Notes: a model not told the origin generated them from the letters alone. A DNA stretch of 64,000 bases from an uncultured Clostridia bacterium (GCA_947627015.1 CANQUL010000003.1:2895-66894), one strand, 5' to 3'; counted from the stretch's first letter, positions 22,536 to 32,664 are shown. Made by a program: numbers and translations.

Positions 22536-25124
22536 ATGGAACAATACAGGCATTCCAAGGAGGAGGTCCTTGCTGCGCTCTCGGCAACGGAGAGGGGGCT
22601 TGCGGGCGAGGAAGCGGAGGCCCGATACAGGCAGACGGGCCCCAACGCGCTCAAAGAGGGAAAAAAAAAGAGCAAGATCGCCCTCTTTTTTTCGCAATTC
22701 CGGGATCTCATGACGCTCATTCTCATCGCGGCGGCCGCTCTTTCGGGCGTACTCGCCTTTTTGACGCGCGATGCGGCCGAGCTCGCCGATACGGGGATCC
22801 TGCTCTTTATCATTTTTTTGAACGCGCTCGTGGGCTTTTTGCAGCAGTACCGCGCCGACGCCGCACTCGAAAAGCTGAAAAAGCTCTCCCGCTGCGAGGC
22901 CAAAGTCATCCGCGACGGGCGGGTGGGAAAGATCGATGCCGAACGGCTCGTCCCGGGGGACGTCATCGAACTCGAGGAGGGCGACCGCGTCCCCGCCGAC
23001 TGCCGTATCCTTGCGGGCGAGGACCTTCTCTTTGACGAATCCGCCCTCACCGGCGAAAGCGCACCCGTCAAAAAGTGCGATTGCATCGTGACCAAGCGCG
23101 CCTTGGCCGAACGCAGAAACACAATACATCTCTCGACGTATTGCGTCCGCGGAACGGCACGGGCCGTCGTCACGGCCACCGGAATGGACACCGAGATGGG
23201 ACGGATCGCCAAACTTCTCGGGGAGGAGAAGGCCGATCCTTCGCCCCTCGACCGGACCATCGCGCGGCTCGGGAAGATCATCTCGGCCTTTGTGCTTACC
23301 GTGGCGGGCGTGCTCTTCGTCGGCGGCCTCTTCGCGGGGAAATTGAGCCTTCTCGACAACATCATGGCGGCCGTTGCACTCGCCGTTGCGGCCATCCCCG
23401 AGGGCATGGGTGCCGTCGTTACGGTCATCCTCGCCATGGGTGTCCAACGGATGGCGGGTCGGAACGCCGTCATGCGCAAGCTCTCCGCCGTCGAAGCGCT
23501 CGGCAGCTGCACCGTCGTATGTACCGACAAGACGGGCACCCTGACCCTCAACCGCATGACCGTTGAAGAAATAAGCGGGGACGCCGGGGAGGTCCTCCGA
23601 TGCATCCGCGCGTGCAATACCGTAAAGGGGGAGCCCGGGGCCTACCTCGGCGACGCTACCGAGATCGCCCTTCTCGAATATGCCGACCGCCTCAAATTTG
23701 CATTCCCGCACGAGAGGATCGCAATCGAGCCCTTCACCTCGGAGCGGAAGATGATGAGCGTCAGGGCTTCCTTCGGGGGCGAGAAGCGGCTTTACGCAAA
23801 GGGTGCGACGGAAATTCTGCTCAAAAAGTGTACCCATGTCCTCAAAACGGGAAAAAAGCAGCCCATGACGCAGGCCGAACGGCGTGCGATCGTAGAGCGA
23901 TCCGACGCCTACTCCGCGCGTGCGATGCGCGTCCTCGCCTTTGCATACGGCGAGGGCGACCGAGAGGAGGAACTTGTCTTTACGGGCCTTGCGGCGATGT
24001 CCGACCCACCCAAGCCCGGGGCAAGGGAGGCCGTTTCCGCCTTCCGCCGTGCGGGAGTCAAGACGGTCATGATCACGGGCGACAGTGCGAGAACCGCTCT
24101 CTCCGTCGCGAGCCGTCTCGGGATCGCGGAGCACCCTTCCGAAGTGATCACGGGAGAGCAAATTGACGACATGGGGTCGGAAAAATTCGCGAAAACCGTG
24201 CAAAATTATGCCGTCTACGCCCGCGTCTCGCCCAAGCACAAGTCGGAGATCGTGCGGGCGCTCAAGGCGCGCGGCGAGACGGTCGCCATGACGGGAGACG
24301 GGGTCAACGACGCCCCCGCACTCAAGGCCGCGGACATCGGCGTCGCCATGGGGTCGGGGACGGACGTCACCAAGAACGCCGCCGACATCGTGTTGGCGGA
24401 TGACGACTTCTCGACCATGGTGCATGCCGTTGAGGAGGGCCGCAACGTCTTTTTCAACATCAAAAAGACGATCGACTTCTTCCTTGCCACCAACCTTGCC
24501 GAGGTCTTGTGCGTGCTCATCGTCACACTTTTCTTCCGCGATCTCGCCTTTCTGACGTCCACCCAGCTCCTCTGGGTCAACCTCATTACCGATTCCCTGC
24601 CCGTGCTCGCCCTCGGCGTGGAGCGGACGGAGGGCGCCATGCTGCGGCCGCCCGTGTCCGACCGGGAAATCTATTCGAGGCGTTCGCTGCTCCGCGTGCT
24701 CTTTTTCGGCCTCGCGCAGACGGGGATCCTTGTTGGAATGTTTGTCGGCGCGAATGCCGCATGGGGGAACGCAACAGCGAGCACGATGGCCTTTGTCGCT
24801 CTCTCGCTCACCGAGCTCTTTCATGCCTTCAACGTGCGAAATGAGGATACCATGTCCAAGGTTCGGGACTTCGTTTCCAACAGAGTGCTGCTTCTGACGG
24901 TCGCCGTCGGCATCCTTCTCTCCGTGCTTCTCGTCGTGACGCCGCTCCGCACGCTCTTCGGTCTCGTGCCGCTTTCGCCCCTCTCATGGGCTGCGGCCGT
25001 CCTCCCGGCTGTCGCCGTCGTGCCCCTCGGGGAGCTCTTAAAGGGAGGCAGCCTTCTCGTCCGCCGCATCCGTTTTCGGCCGCGTGCCGTCAGAAGGCGA
25101 GGAAGCGGTAGCCGCGCGCTCTGA
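22536..25124 (+). CDS. P-type (P2A-like) Ca2+-transporting ATPase
   Basis: DKTGTLT phosphorylation site, TGES actuator motif (LTGESAP), AIPEGM in M4, TGDSARTA, MTGDGVNDAPALKAADIGVAMG. 862 aa. Confidence 0.9.
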   Translation: MEQYRHSKEEVLAALSATERGLAGEEAEARYRQTGPNALKEGKKKSKIALFFSQFRDLMTLILIAAAALSGVLAFLTRDAAELADTGILLFIIFLNALVGFLQQYRADAALEKLKKLSRCEAKVIRDGRVGKIDAERLVPGDVIELEEGDRVPADCRILAGEDLLFDESALTGESAPVKKCDCIVTKRALAERRNTIHLSTYCVRGTARAVVTATGMDTEMGRIAKLLGEEKADPSPLDRTIARLGKIISAFVLTVAGVLFVGGLFAGKLSLLDNIMAAVALAVAAIPEGMGAVVTVILAMGVQRMAGRNAVMRKLSAVEALGSCTVVCTDKTGTLTLNRMTVEEISGDAGEVLRCIRACNTVKGEPGAYLGDATEIALLEYADRLKFAFPHERIAIEPFTSERKMMSVRASFGGEKRLYAKGATEILLKKCTHVLKTGKKQPMTQAERRAIVERSDAYSARAMRVLAFAYGEGDREEELVFTGLAAMSDPPKPGAREAVSAFRRAGVKTVMITGDSARTALSVASRLGIAEHPSEVITGEQIDDMGSEKFAKTVQNYAVYARVSPKHKSEIVRALKARGETVAMTGDGVNDAPALKAADIGVAMGSGTDVTKNAADIVLADDDFSTMVHAVEEGRNVFFNIKKTIDFFLATNLAEVLCVLIVTLFFRDLAFLTSTQLLWVNLITDSLPVLALGVERTEGAMLRPPVSDREIYSRRSLLRVLFFGLAQTGILVGMFVGANAAWGNATASTMAFVALSLTELFHAFNVRNEDTMSKVRDFVSNRVLLLTVAVGILLSVLLVVTPLRTLFGLVPLSPLSWAAAVLPAVAVVPLGELLKGGSLLVRRIRFRPRAVRRRGSGSRAL

Positions 25125-25770
25125 ACGCGTCGATGATGGCGGGGAGCGCCTCCGCCGTCGCTTTATGCGGCGCCGAATCGTGCAGGAGCAGAATGACCTC
25201 GTCCTTGCCTTCGGCCGTCTCGAGCGAAGTTTTGAGGAGCGTCTCCGCACTCGCATGGGGGATCTCCTCGTCGCCGCAGACGGCATTCCAACCGACGATC
25301 TCGTATCCCTGTGCGCGCAGCCGTTCGGCCATCGGGGCATGCTTCCCGCCTCCCGGGAATCGGTAGACGCGGGGTGTGACGCCCGTGACGGTCCGGATCG
25401 CTTCGGCGCAGGCCGCGGCGTCCTCGAGGAGCGCGCCGACGGAGGCGTAGATGCGGTCATAGCGATGGCTCATGGAGTGTACCCCGAGAGTATGTCCCTC
25501 CGATGCGATGCGGCGGAGCGTCTCCTCGCGGCCTTCGATGCGTTCGCCGACGAGAAAGAAGGTGGCCTTGACGTCCTTTTCCCGGAGCGTGTCGAGGATG
25601 CGTCCGGTCACGACGGTGCTCGGCCCGTCGTCAAAGGTGAGATATACGGTCTTTTCTCCCTCTCCGTATGCCCAGACGGGCGCGGCGAGCGTGCGTCCGC
25701 AGAAGTGTGCAAAGAGGGCCACCGCGAGGACGAGAAGAAAGACGGCAAAGGGAACATAGCGTTTTTGCAT
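25090..25770 (-). CDS. polysaccharide deacetylase family protein (peptidoglycan/chitooligosaccharide deacetylase-like)
   Basis: M25 of ORF 25090..25842 (MQKRYVPFAVFLLVLAVALFA anchor). NodB motifs VYLTFDDGP, ATFFLVGE, HTLGVHSMSH. The 3' end overlaps the ATPase 3' end by 35 nt. Confidence 0.85.
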   Translation of the reverse strand: MQKRYVPFAVFLLVLAVALFAHFCGRTLAAPVWAYGEGEKTVYLTFDDGPSTVVTGRILDTLREKDVKATFFLVGERIEGREETLRRIASEGHTLGVHSMSHRYDRIYASVGALLEDAAACAEAIRTVTGVTPRVYRFPGGGKHAPMAERLRAQGYEIVGWNAVCGDEEIPHASAETLLKTSLETAEGKDEVILLLHDSAPHKATAEALPAIIDAFRARGYRFLAF

Positions 25771-25853
25771 ACCCCGAGTTTGTGGAATCCGCGCAAATTT
25801 ATTTACTTTTTCGGGCGGAAGGAGTATAATGAGAAAAAACACGCGGAGCAGTT

Positions 25854-26885
25854 ATGACAACGACAAGATCATTCGGAACGACAAGGGCGGGAGAGCCCGT
25901 GACCGCCTACACCATCTCGGACGGGGAGGGGAGCGTGACGCTCCTCGACTACGGCGCACTCGTTCAGAGCCTCTTTGTACCCGGTGCGGACGGACGGCTC
26001 CATGACGTCGTCCTCGGCCACAACGACCTTGCGGGGTACGAGGATCACCGCGGCCATCTCGGGGCCACGGTGGGACGGTTCGCAAACCGCATCCGGGACG
26101 CACGCATCGTCCTCGACGGGAGAACGTACGAGCTCGTCAAAAACGACGGCGCGCACCATCGCCACGGGGGAAGCTACAACTTTTCCAAGCGCGTCTGGAA
26201 GGCAGACCTCGGCGAAGATTTCGTGGAATTTTCTCTCCTTTCGCCCGACGGCGATCAGGGCTATCCCGGGAATTTACGGGTTTCCGTGCGCTATACTTTC
26301 GGACATGGTACCCTCGGAATCGCTTACCGTGCGACGACAGACCGTCCCACCGTCCTCAATCTCACCAACCACACCTACTTCAATCTCGGGGGAGAGGCGA
26401 GCGGCAGCGTCCTCGGGCAGCTGCTTCGGATCGACAGCGAAAAGATCGTCCGGACGGACGCCTCGCTCCTTCCCGTCGGCGGATTCCGGAGCGTTTTCGG
26501 CACGCCCTTCGACTTTACGTCGCCCAAGCCCATCGGCCGCGACATCGGGGCGGACGACGGGGATCTTCTGAATGCGGGCGGGTACGACCATTGCTACCTT
26601 CTCGGCGGGACCTTCTCCGTCTGCGCCGAGGCCTTCTGCCCCGGAACGGGCATCGCGATGACGTGCCGTACGGACATGCCTGCCGTGCAGTTCTATTCGG
26701 CGAACGGGCTCAGGCAGTTCGGAAAGGGGACGGAGTACGCCCCGCGCGACGGCTTCTGCCTCGAGACGCAGTTCATCCCCGACAACCCCAACATGCCCGA
26801 ATATGCGGCGTACGGAAGCTCCGTTCTCCGTCCCGGAGAGACCTTTGCCCGCCGCACCGAATATGCCTTTTCCGTCCGGAAATAA
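25854..26885 (+). CDS. galM: aldose 1-epimerase (galactose mutarotase)
   Basis: Motifs GATVGRFANRI, HHRHGG, LTNHTYFNLGG and CLETQ typical of the aldose epimerase family. Confidence 0.85.
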   Translation: MTTTRSFGTTRAGEPVTAYTISDGEGSVTLLDYGALVQSLFVPGADGRLHDVVLGHNDLAGYEDHRGHLGATVGRFANRIRDARIVLDGRTYELVKNDGAHHRHGGSYNFSKRVWKADLGEDFVEFSLLSPDGDQGYPGNLRVSVRYTFGHGTLGIAYRATTDRPTVLNLTNHTYFNLGGEASGSVLGQLLRIDSEKIVRTDASLLPVGGFRSVFGTPFDFTSPKPIGRDIGADDGDLLNAGGYDHCYLLGGTFSVCAEAFCPGTGIAMTCRTDMPAVQFYSANGLRQFGKGTEYAPRDGFCLETQFIPDNPNMPEYAAYGSSVLRPGETFARRTEYAFSVRK

Positions 26886-26963
26886 ATGCACAGAACGGCC
26901 GTGTGCCCTCATAGGATGAAGTGACCGCTCCCCGCACGGGGAGGGCCGACGGGGGTCTCACAA

Positions 26964-27728
26964 ATGCAGTGGTTTTTCGGACTCGGGACATGGCAGCAGG
27001 CGCTGCTCGTCTCCCTCATGATGGACGCGTCGACGGCGCTCGGCGCATCGCTCGTCCTCTTCTCCAAAAAATTTCCGCACGCCGTTCAGACGTGCCTCTG
27101 CGCGGGCGCGGCAGGCATCATGCTTGCCGCGAGCTTCTTTTCTCTGCTGCTCCCCGCGCTCGGATATGAGACGACCGTTCCCGCATGGCTCTCCGTCACC
27201 CTCGGATTTTTCCTCGGCGGACTGTTCATCGCCGGGAGCGATTTTTTCTTCGGGAAGCGGAGCTTTCGGCGGCTCGGTAAAAAGAACGGGCTGATGTTCC
27301 TTGCCGTGACGCTCCACAACATCCCGGAAGGCATGGCCGTCGGCGTGGCGATCGCGGCGGCCGGAAGCGGACACGGGGCCATGTTTTCGGCGCTCCTCTT
27401 TGCCGTCGGCATCGCCGTGCAGAACTTTCCCGAGGGCGCATGCGTCGCCTTTCCCCTGCGGGCGGGAGGAATGCGCGCGGCGCGGGCGTTTGCCTATTCG
27501 CAGGCCTCGGGACTTGTGGAGATCCCCGCATGCGTGCTCGGCGCACTGGCCGCATCCGTCGTGGAGGGCATCATGCCGTGGGCGCTTGCCTTCTCCGCGG
27601 GGGCCATGATCGCCGTCGTCTGTTCCGAACTCGTGCCCGAATGCTTTGCGGAGAGCAAGCGTCTCGCCACGGCGGGCGTCGTGCTCGGATTCTGCCTCAT
27701 GATGCTCCTCGACGTCGCCCTCGGCTGA
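26964..27728 (+). CDS. ZIP-family divalent metal transporter (ZupT-like)
   Basis: 254 aa with 8 TM-like segments. LHNIPEGMAVG and QNFPEGA signature motifs. Confidence 0.85.
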   Translation: MQWFFGLGTWQQALLVSLMMDASTALGASLVLFSKKFPHAVQTCLCAGAAGIMLAASFFSLLLPALGYETTVPAWLSVTLGFFLGGLFIAGSDFFFGKRSFRRLGKKNGLMFLAVTLHNIPEGMAVGVAIAAAGSGHGAMFSALLFAVGIAVQNFPEGACVAFPLRAGGMRAARAFAYSQASGLVEIPACVLGALAASVVEGIMPWALAFSAGAMIAVVCSELVPECFAESKRLATAGVVLGFCLMMLLDVALG

Positions 27729-27766
27729 GCCCGCATAATTTTTGCGCCGCGTCCCATACTTCGGGT

Positions 27767-28648
27767 ATGAAACAGCAAAAGAGCATGCAAGCGGCAGAAG
27801 AAGGGGAGGCGCGGAAATCCGCTCCCATGAGAGAAAACGAGCATACCGTGTCCGCAAGGAAGGCTGCGATCATCGTGGGAGCTTCCTCGGGGATCGGACG
27901 GGAAACGGCCCTTCGGCTGCTCGCGCGCGGGTATCGCGTCTACAACCTCTCGCGCACGGCCTTCAAGGGGGACCGGGTACGGACCATCCCCGCGGACGCC
28001 TCTGTGGAGGGGGAACTTACGCGGGCGATCGGAGAGGCGGGGGAGGAATCGGGCGCCGTCGATCTTCTCGTTTATTCGGCGGGATTCTCCATGGCCGCGC
28101 CCATCGAACACGCCGAGAGCCGCGACTACCGGTATCTCTTCGAAGTCAACTATTTCGGTGCGGTCGAGGCCCTGCGTGCGGCGGCGCCCTTCCTGCGGCG
28201 AAGGGGCGGACGGGCCGTGCTCGTGGGTTCGATCGGCGGGGACCTGCCCATTCCGTACGACGGATTTTACTCCTCTTCCAAGGCGGCGCTCGCCATGCTT
28301 GCGCGGGAGGCCGACGTCGAACTGCGTCCGCACGGGGTACGCGTCTCCGCCCTCCTTCCCGGGGGAACGGCGACGGACTTCACCTATGCGCGGAAGGTGT
28401 ACGGCGAACAGGACAGCCGCTCCTATGCGCCTTCCGTCAAGAGGGCGTCGGCGGCGCTTGCCAACATGGAGCAGGGCGGCATGAATCCCTCGCTCGTGGC
28501 GGAAGCGGTCATCCGGCTCGCCGAGAGGAAAAATCCCCCGCCCGTGTCTGCGGTCGGAGGCAAGAACAACGTCGTCCGTTATGCGGGCAAGTTGCTCCCG
28601 GAGCGTTTGACCGACTGGCTCGTGCGCAAGAAATTCAACCAGCGGTAG
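27767..28648 (+). CDS. short-chain dehydrogenase/reductase (SDR)
   Basis: AAIIVGASSGIGRETA (TGxxxGxG), NYFG, and a YSSSKAAL catalytic Y/K. The start is uncertain: in-frame ATGs at 27767, 27785 and 27827, none with a good RBS. Confidence 0.75.
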   Translation: MKQQKSMQAAEEGEARKSAPMRENEHTVSARKAAIIVGASSGIGRETALRLLARGYRVYNLSRTAFKGDRVRTIPADASVEGELTRAIGEAGEESGAVDLLVYSAGFSMAAPIEHAESRDYRYLFEVNYFGAVEALRAAAPFLRRRGGRAVLVGSIGGDLPIPYDGFYSSSKAALAMLAREADVELRPHGVRVSALLPGGTATDFTYARKVYGEQDSRSYAPSVKRASAALANMEQGGMNPSLVAEAVIRLAERKNPPPVSAVGGKNNVVRYAGKLLPERLTDWLVRKKFNQR

Positions 28649-28707
28649 AGCGCCGCAATTCCCGCCGCAAATGAAAAAAGAAAATTCCTCCGCCCCCCTT
28701 TGAATGC

Positions 28708-28737
28708 TTGACGGCCAAGCCCCCGATGTTGTATAAT
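28708..28737 (+). promoter_or_regulatory. sigma-A promoter of the pur operon
   Basis: TTGACG (28708-28713), 18 nt, TATAAT (28732-28737). Confidence 0.55.
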
Positions 28738-28808
28738 AAGGACATGAACAGGGCAGGCGCATCCCGCGCTCTCGGGCGCGACTTTCAACCGAATCGATGC
28801 ACGTTACG

Positions 28809-28850
28809 GGCAGTTTTTTTCGCGTAGAAAAGACTGCCTTATTTTACTTT
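28809..28850 (+). terminator. leader terminator/attenuator directly upstream of purE
   Basis: GGCAGTTTTTT...AGAAAAGACTGCC hairpin (~11-12 pairs, two G-U) followed by TTATTTTACTTTT. Located between the promoter and the purE RBS (CCGGAGG). Confidence 0.5.
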
Positions 28851-28866
28851 TCCGGAGGTACATTTT

Positions 28867-29361
28867 ATGAAGAAAATCGCCGTCATCATGGGGAGCGATT
28901 CCGATCTTCCCGTCGTGGAAAAGGCCTTTGCGGTCTTTGAGGAACTCGGGATCCCCTACGAAGTGCACGTCTTTTCGGCGCACCGTACGCCCATGGAGGC
29001 CAAGGAATTCTCCGAACGGGCGCGCGAGAACGGATTCGGCGCCGTCATCGCGGCGGCAGGCATGGCCGCCCACCTCGCGGGCGCCATCGCGGCAAACACC
29101 GTCCTTCCCGTCATCGGGATCCCCGTAAAGAGCGGCGGCCTCGGCGGGCTCGACGCACTTCTCTCCACCGTGCAGATGCCGTCGGGCATTCCCGTCGCGA
29201 CAGTGGCCGTGGACGGTGCCAAGAATGCGGCCTACCTCGCCGCGGAGATCCTCGCCGTGTCCGACGATGCGCTCTATGAAAGGCTCACGGCCGCGCGCAG
29301 GGAAGGCGCCGAAGCGGTGCTCGCCAAGGACAGACTGCTTTCGGAAAAATACGCGAAGTGA
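28867..29361 (+). CDS. purE: 5-(carboxyamino)imidazole ribonucleotide mutase PurE
   Basis: IAVIMGSDSDLPV...FSAHRTP...GMAAHLAG...PVIGIP, canonical PurE. Confidence 0.95.
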   Translation: MKKIAVIMGSDSDLPVVEKAFAVFEELGIPYEVHVFSAHRTPMEAKEFSERARENGFGAVIAAAGMAAHLAGAIAANTVLPVIGIPVKSGGLGGLDALLSTVQMPSGIPVATVAVDGAKNAAYLAAEILAVSDDALYERLTAARREGAEAVLAKDRLLSEKYAK

Positions 29362-29409
29362 GCCGAAACAAGACAGATTTTTGTGATTTTTATCAAGGAG
29401 ATAGATACC

Positions 29410-30123
29410 ATGGAAAAACAAGAACAGCTCTATGAGGGCAAAGCAAAAAAGGTCTACGCGACCGAGGACAAGGATCTCGTCATCGTCTCTTACAAGGACG
29501 ACGCCACGGCCTTCAACGGCCTCAAAAAGGGCACCATCGTCGGGAAGGGCGTCGTCAACAACCGCATGACCAACATGATGATGCAGCTTCTCGAAGAGCA
29601 CGGCGTTCCCACGCATTTCGTAAAGGAGCTCTCCGAGCGCGACACCCTCGTCAAGAAGGTGAAGATCGTGCCTCTCGAAGTCATTATCCGCAACGTCTCC
29701 GCGGGCAGCTTTGCCAAGCGCTACGGCGTGGAGGAGGGCATCGTGTTCGACGAACCCACCATCGAGTTCTCCTATAAGAATGACGCGCTCGGCGATCCGC
29801 TCATCAACACCTACCATGCGCTCGCCCTCAAACTCGCGACCAAGGAAGAGATCGCCCTCATCGAGCAATACGCCTTTACCGTAAACAAGGTGTTAAAGGA
29901 GTACTTCCTCACGCTCGGCGTCAAGCTCATCGACTTCAAGCTCGAGTTCGGCAAGACCGCGGACGGCAAGATCGTGCTCGCCGACGAGATCAGCCCCGAC
30001 ACCTGCCGCTTCTGGGACGCAAAGACCGACGAGAAGCTCGACAAGGACCGCTTCCGCCGCGACATGGGTGGGGTCGAGGACGCCTACAAGGAAATTTTCA
30101 AGCGCGTGACCCAAGGAAAATAA
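29410..30123 (+). CDS. purC: SAICAR synthetase PurC
   Basis: M10 of ORF 29383..30123 after [16 protein letters not shown]...DDATAFNG...PLEVIIRN...[12 protein letters not shown]. Confidence 0.95.
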   Translation: MEKQEQLYEGKAKKVYATEDKDLVIVSYKDDATAFNGLKKGTIVGKGVVNNRMTNMMMQLLEEHGVPTHFVKELSERDTLVKKVKIVPLEVIIRNVSAGSFAKRYGVEEGIVFDEPTIEFSYKNDALGDPLINTYHALALKLATKEEIALIEQYAFTVNKVLKEYFLTLGVKLIDFKLEFGKTADGKIVLADEISPDTCRFWDAKTDEKLDKDRFRRDMGGVEDAYKEIFKRVTQGK

Positions 30124-30167
30124 GCCCTGCGGCGCACGCTTACGGACATCGGATATCGGGAGTATTT

Positions 30168-31619
30168 ATGTCGGAAATTCATGAAGAGTGCGGGGTGTTC
30201 GGCATCTTCGCACCCGAAAAGCAGGATGTCGCCTCCACGGCGTATTATGCGCTCTTTGCCCTCCAGCATCGGGGGCAGGAATCGGCGGGCATTGTCGTCA
30301 ACGACGACGGCGTGTTCCATACCCATAAGGACGCGGGCCTCGTCAACGACGTGTTCACCGCGGACAACCTCCGCCGTCTCGGCGAGGGGAACATGGCCAT
30401 CGGCCACGTCCGTTATTCCACGACGGGCGCGAGCGGCCGCGAGAATGCCCAGCCCATCGTCGTCAATCACTTAAAGGGCAACATGGCGCTCGCCCACAAC
30501 GGCAACCTCGTCAACGCATACGAGCTCCGCAGCGAACTCGAGAGCGAGGGGAGCATCTTCCATACGACCTCGGACAGTGAGGTCATCGCCTACATCGTCA
30601 CCAAGGAACGCGTCAAGACGCGCTCCATCGAAGAGGCCGTGCAAAACGCCATGGGCAAGCTGAAGGGAGCATACTCCTTCCTCGTGATGTCGCCCTCCAA
30701 GCTCATCGCGGTGCGCGACCCCGCGGGCTTCCATCCCCTCTGCTACGGCGTGCGGGAGGACGGCTCGTACATCGTTGCCTCCGAATCGTGCGCCCTCGAC
30801 GCGATCGGCGCCAAACTCGTGCGCGAAGTGGAGCCGGGCGAGATGCTCATCTTCACAAAGAACGGCGTGACGTCCGACCGCAGCCTGTGCGGAAAGCCCA
30901 AGCACCTCTGCGTGTTCGAATATCTCTACATCGCCCGTCCCGACTCCGTCATCGAGGGCAAGTCTGTCCACGAGGCGAGAAAGCAGGCGGGACGCTTCCT
31001 TGCGGAGCGGTATAAGATCGATGCGGACATCGTCATCGGCGTGCCCGATTCGGGACTGGATGCGGCCTACGGCTATGCGGAGGCCTCGGGCATCCCGTAC
31101 GGCATCGGCTTCATCAAGAACAAGTACATCGGCCGCACTTTCATCGCGCCCGGACAGGCCGCGCGCGAGGATCGGGTGCGCATCAAGCTCAATGTCTTAA
31201 AGTCCGCCATCGAGGGCAAGCGCGTCATCCTCGTGGACGACTCCATTGTCCGCGGCACCACCTGCGAGCGGATCGTGCGCATGCTCCGGAACGCCGGGGC
31301 GACCGAAGTGCATATGCTCTCCTCCGCGCCCGCCTTTCTCAATCCCTGCTACTACGGCACGGACATCGACTCGCGGGACAACCTCATCGCATGCCACCAT
31401 ACCGTGCCCGAGATCGCAAAGATCATCGGCGCCGATTCGGTGGGGTATCTGCCCCTCGAAAAGGTGGCGCTCCTCACGGGCGGCGACGGCAGCGGGTTCT
31501 GCACGGCCTGCTTCGACGGCAACTATCCCACCGAGGCGCCCACGTTGAGCGACAAGAGCCGCTTCGAGCGCTGGGAACGTCCCATCTCCGAAAATCCCAA
31601 ATTCCGCAACAAAAAATAA
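30168..31619 (+). CDS. purF: amidophosphoribosyltransferase PurF
   Basis: Ntn start MSEIHEECGVFGI, HRGQESAGI, and the PRTase motif VILVDDSIVRGTT. Confidence 0.95.
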   Translation: MSEIHEECGVFGIFAPEKQDVASTAYYALFALQHRGQESAGIVVNDDGVFHTHKDAGLVNDVFTADNLRRLGEGNMAIGHVRYSTTGASGRENAQPIVVNHLKGNMALAHNGNLVNAYELRSELESEGSIFHTTSDSEVIAYIVTKERVKTRSIEEAVQNAMGKLKGAYSFLVMSPSKLIAVRDPAGFHPLCYGVREDGSYIVASESCALDAIGAKLVREVEPGEMLIFTKNGVTSDRSLCGKPKHLCVFEYLYIARPDSVIEGKSVHEARKQAGRFLAERYKIDADIVIGVPDSGLDAAYGYAEASGIPYGIGFIKNKYIGRTFIAPGQAAREDRVRIKLNVLKSAIEGKRVILVDDSIVRGTTCERIVRMLRNAGATEVHMLSSAPAFLNPCYYGTDIDSRDNLIACHHTVPEIAKIIGADSVGYLPLEKVALLTGGDGSGFCTACFDGNYPTEAPTLSDKSRFERWERPISENPKFRNKK

Positions 31620-31629
31620 GGAATCCACT

Positions 31630-32664
31630 ATGAACAAAAGCTATTCCGACAGTTACAAGGCCGCGGGCGTCGACATCACCGCGGGTTACAGGGCCGTGGA
31701 GCTCATGAAGAAGCACGTTGCCCGTACCATGCCCGAGGGAACGGGCGACGCGATCGGCGGATTCGGCGGACTCTTTGCGCTCCCCGCGGGGATGAAGGAG
31801 CCCGTCCTCGTTTCGGGAACGGACGGTGTGGGGACCAAGCTGCGCATCGCCCAACTTTTGGGGAGGCACGACACCATCGGCATCGACTGCGTTGCCATGT
31901 GCGTCAACGACGTCCTCTGCTGCGGCGCGAGACCGCTCTTCTTCCTCGACTACATCGCCTGCGGGCGGAACGTCCCCGAAACGATCGCGACCATCGTGGG
32001 CGGCGTGGCAGAGGGCTGCGTCCGTGCGGGCTGTGCGCTCATCGGCGGCGAGACGGCCGAACATCCCGGTACCATGCCCGAGGATGACTACGACATCGCG
32101 GGCTTTACCGTCGGCGTCGTGGAGAAGGAGAAGATCATCGACGTCAAAAAGATGAGAGCGGGGGACCGCGTGATCGCCCTGCCTTCGACGGGGGTGCACT
32201 CCAACGGATTCTCCCTCGTGCGCAAGGTGTTCGACGTCGAGCACTGCGACCTCACGGCGCCCGTCGAGGCGCTCGGCGGGGCATCGCTCGGGGAGACGCT
32301 CCTCACGCCCACCGCCATCTATGTGAAGCCCATGCTCGCGCTCTTTGCGGAGACCGAAGTTTTGGGCGTTTCGCACATCACGGGCGGCGGCTTTTACGAG
32401 AACATCCCGCGCGCCCTTCCCGCAGGCCTCGGCGTGCGCATCCGGAAATCGGATGTAAAGGTGCTCCCCGTCTTCAATCTCATCCGAGCGGCGGGCAAGA
32501 TCTCCGAGCATGACATGTTCAACACCTTTAACATGGGCGTCGGCATGACCGTCGTCGTGCATGCGGAGGACGAAGCGCATGCGATCGAGGTGTTGAGGCA
32601 GAGCGGCGCGGATGCCTATCCGCTCGGCGTCATCGTCGAGGGCGAAGGCGTCGAGTTAGTGTAA
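31630..32664 (+). CDS. purM: AIR synthetase PurM
   Basis: YKAAGVDI...GGFGGLF...DGVGTKL...DCVAMCVNDV...GGETAEHPG. Confidence 0.95.
   Translation: MNKSYSDSYKAAGVDITAGYRAVELMKKHVARTMPEGTGDAIGGFGGLFALPAGMKEPVLVSGTDGVGTKLRIAQLLGRHDTIGIDCVAMCVNDVLCCGARPLFFLDYIACGRNVPETIATIVGGVAEGCVRAGCALIGGETAEHPGTMPEDDYDIAGFTVGVVEKEKIIDVKKMRAGDRVIALPSTGVHSNGFSLVRKVFDVEHCDLTAPVEALGGASLGETLLTPTAIYVKPMLALFAETEVLGVSHITGGGFYENIPRALPAGLGVRIRKSDVKVLPVFNLIRAAGKISEHDMFNTFNMGVGMTVVVHAEDEAHAIEVLRQSGADAYPLGVIVEGEGVELV

Noticed and set aside
28738-28808. Assignment of the pur leader to the purine, ZTP, PRPP/ykkC or THF riboswitch classes, or to a Bacillus-type PurR PurBox pair.
   Set aside because: The invariant cores of those RNAs are not present by eye. 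The PurBox-like CCGAAT/CGTTACGG pair is too closely spaced and lies downstream of the -10, unlike known PurR operators. It is kept only as an unclassified attenuator.
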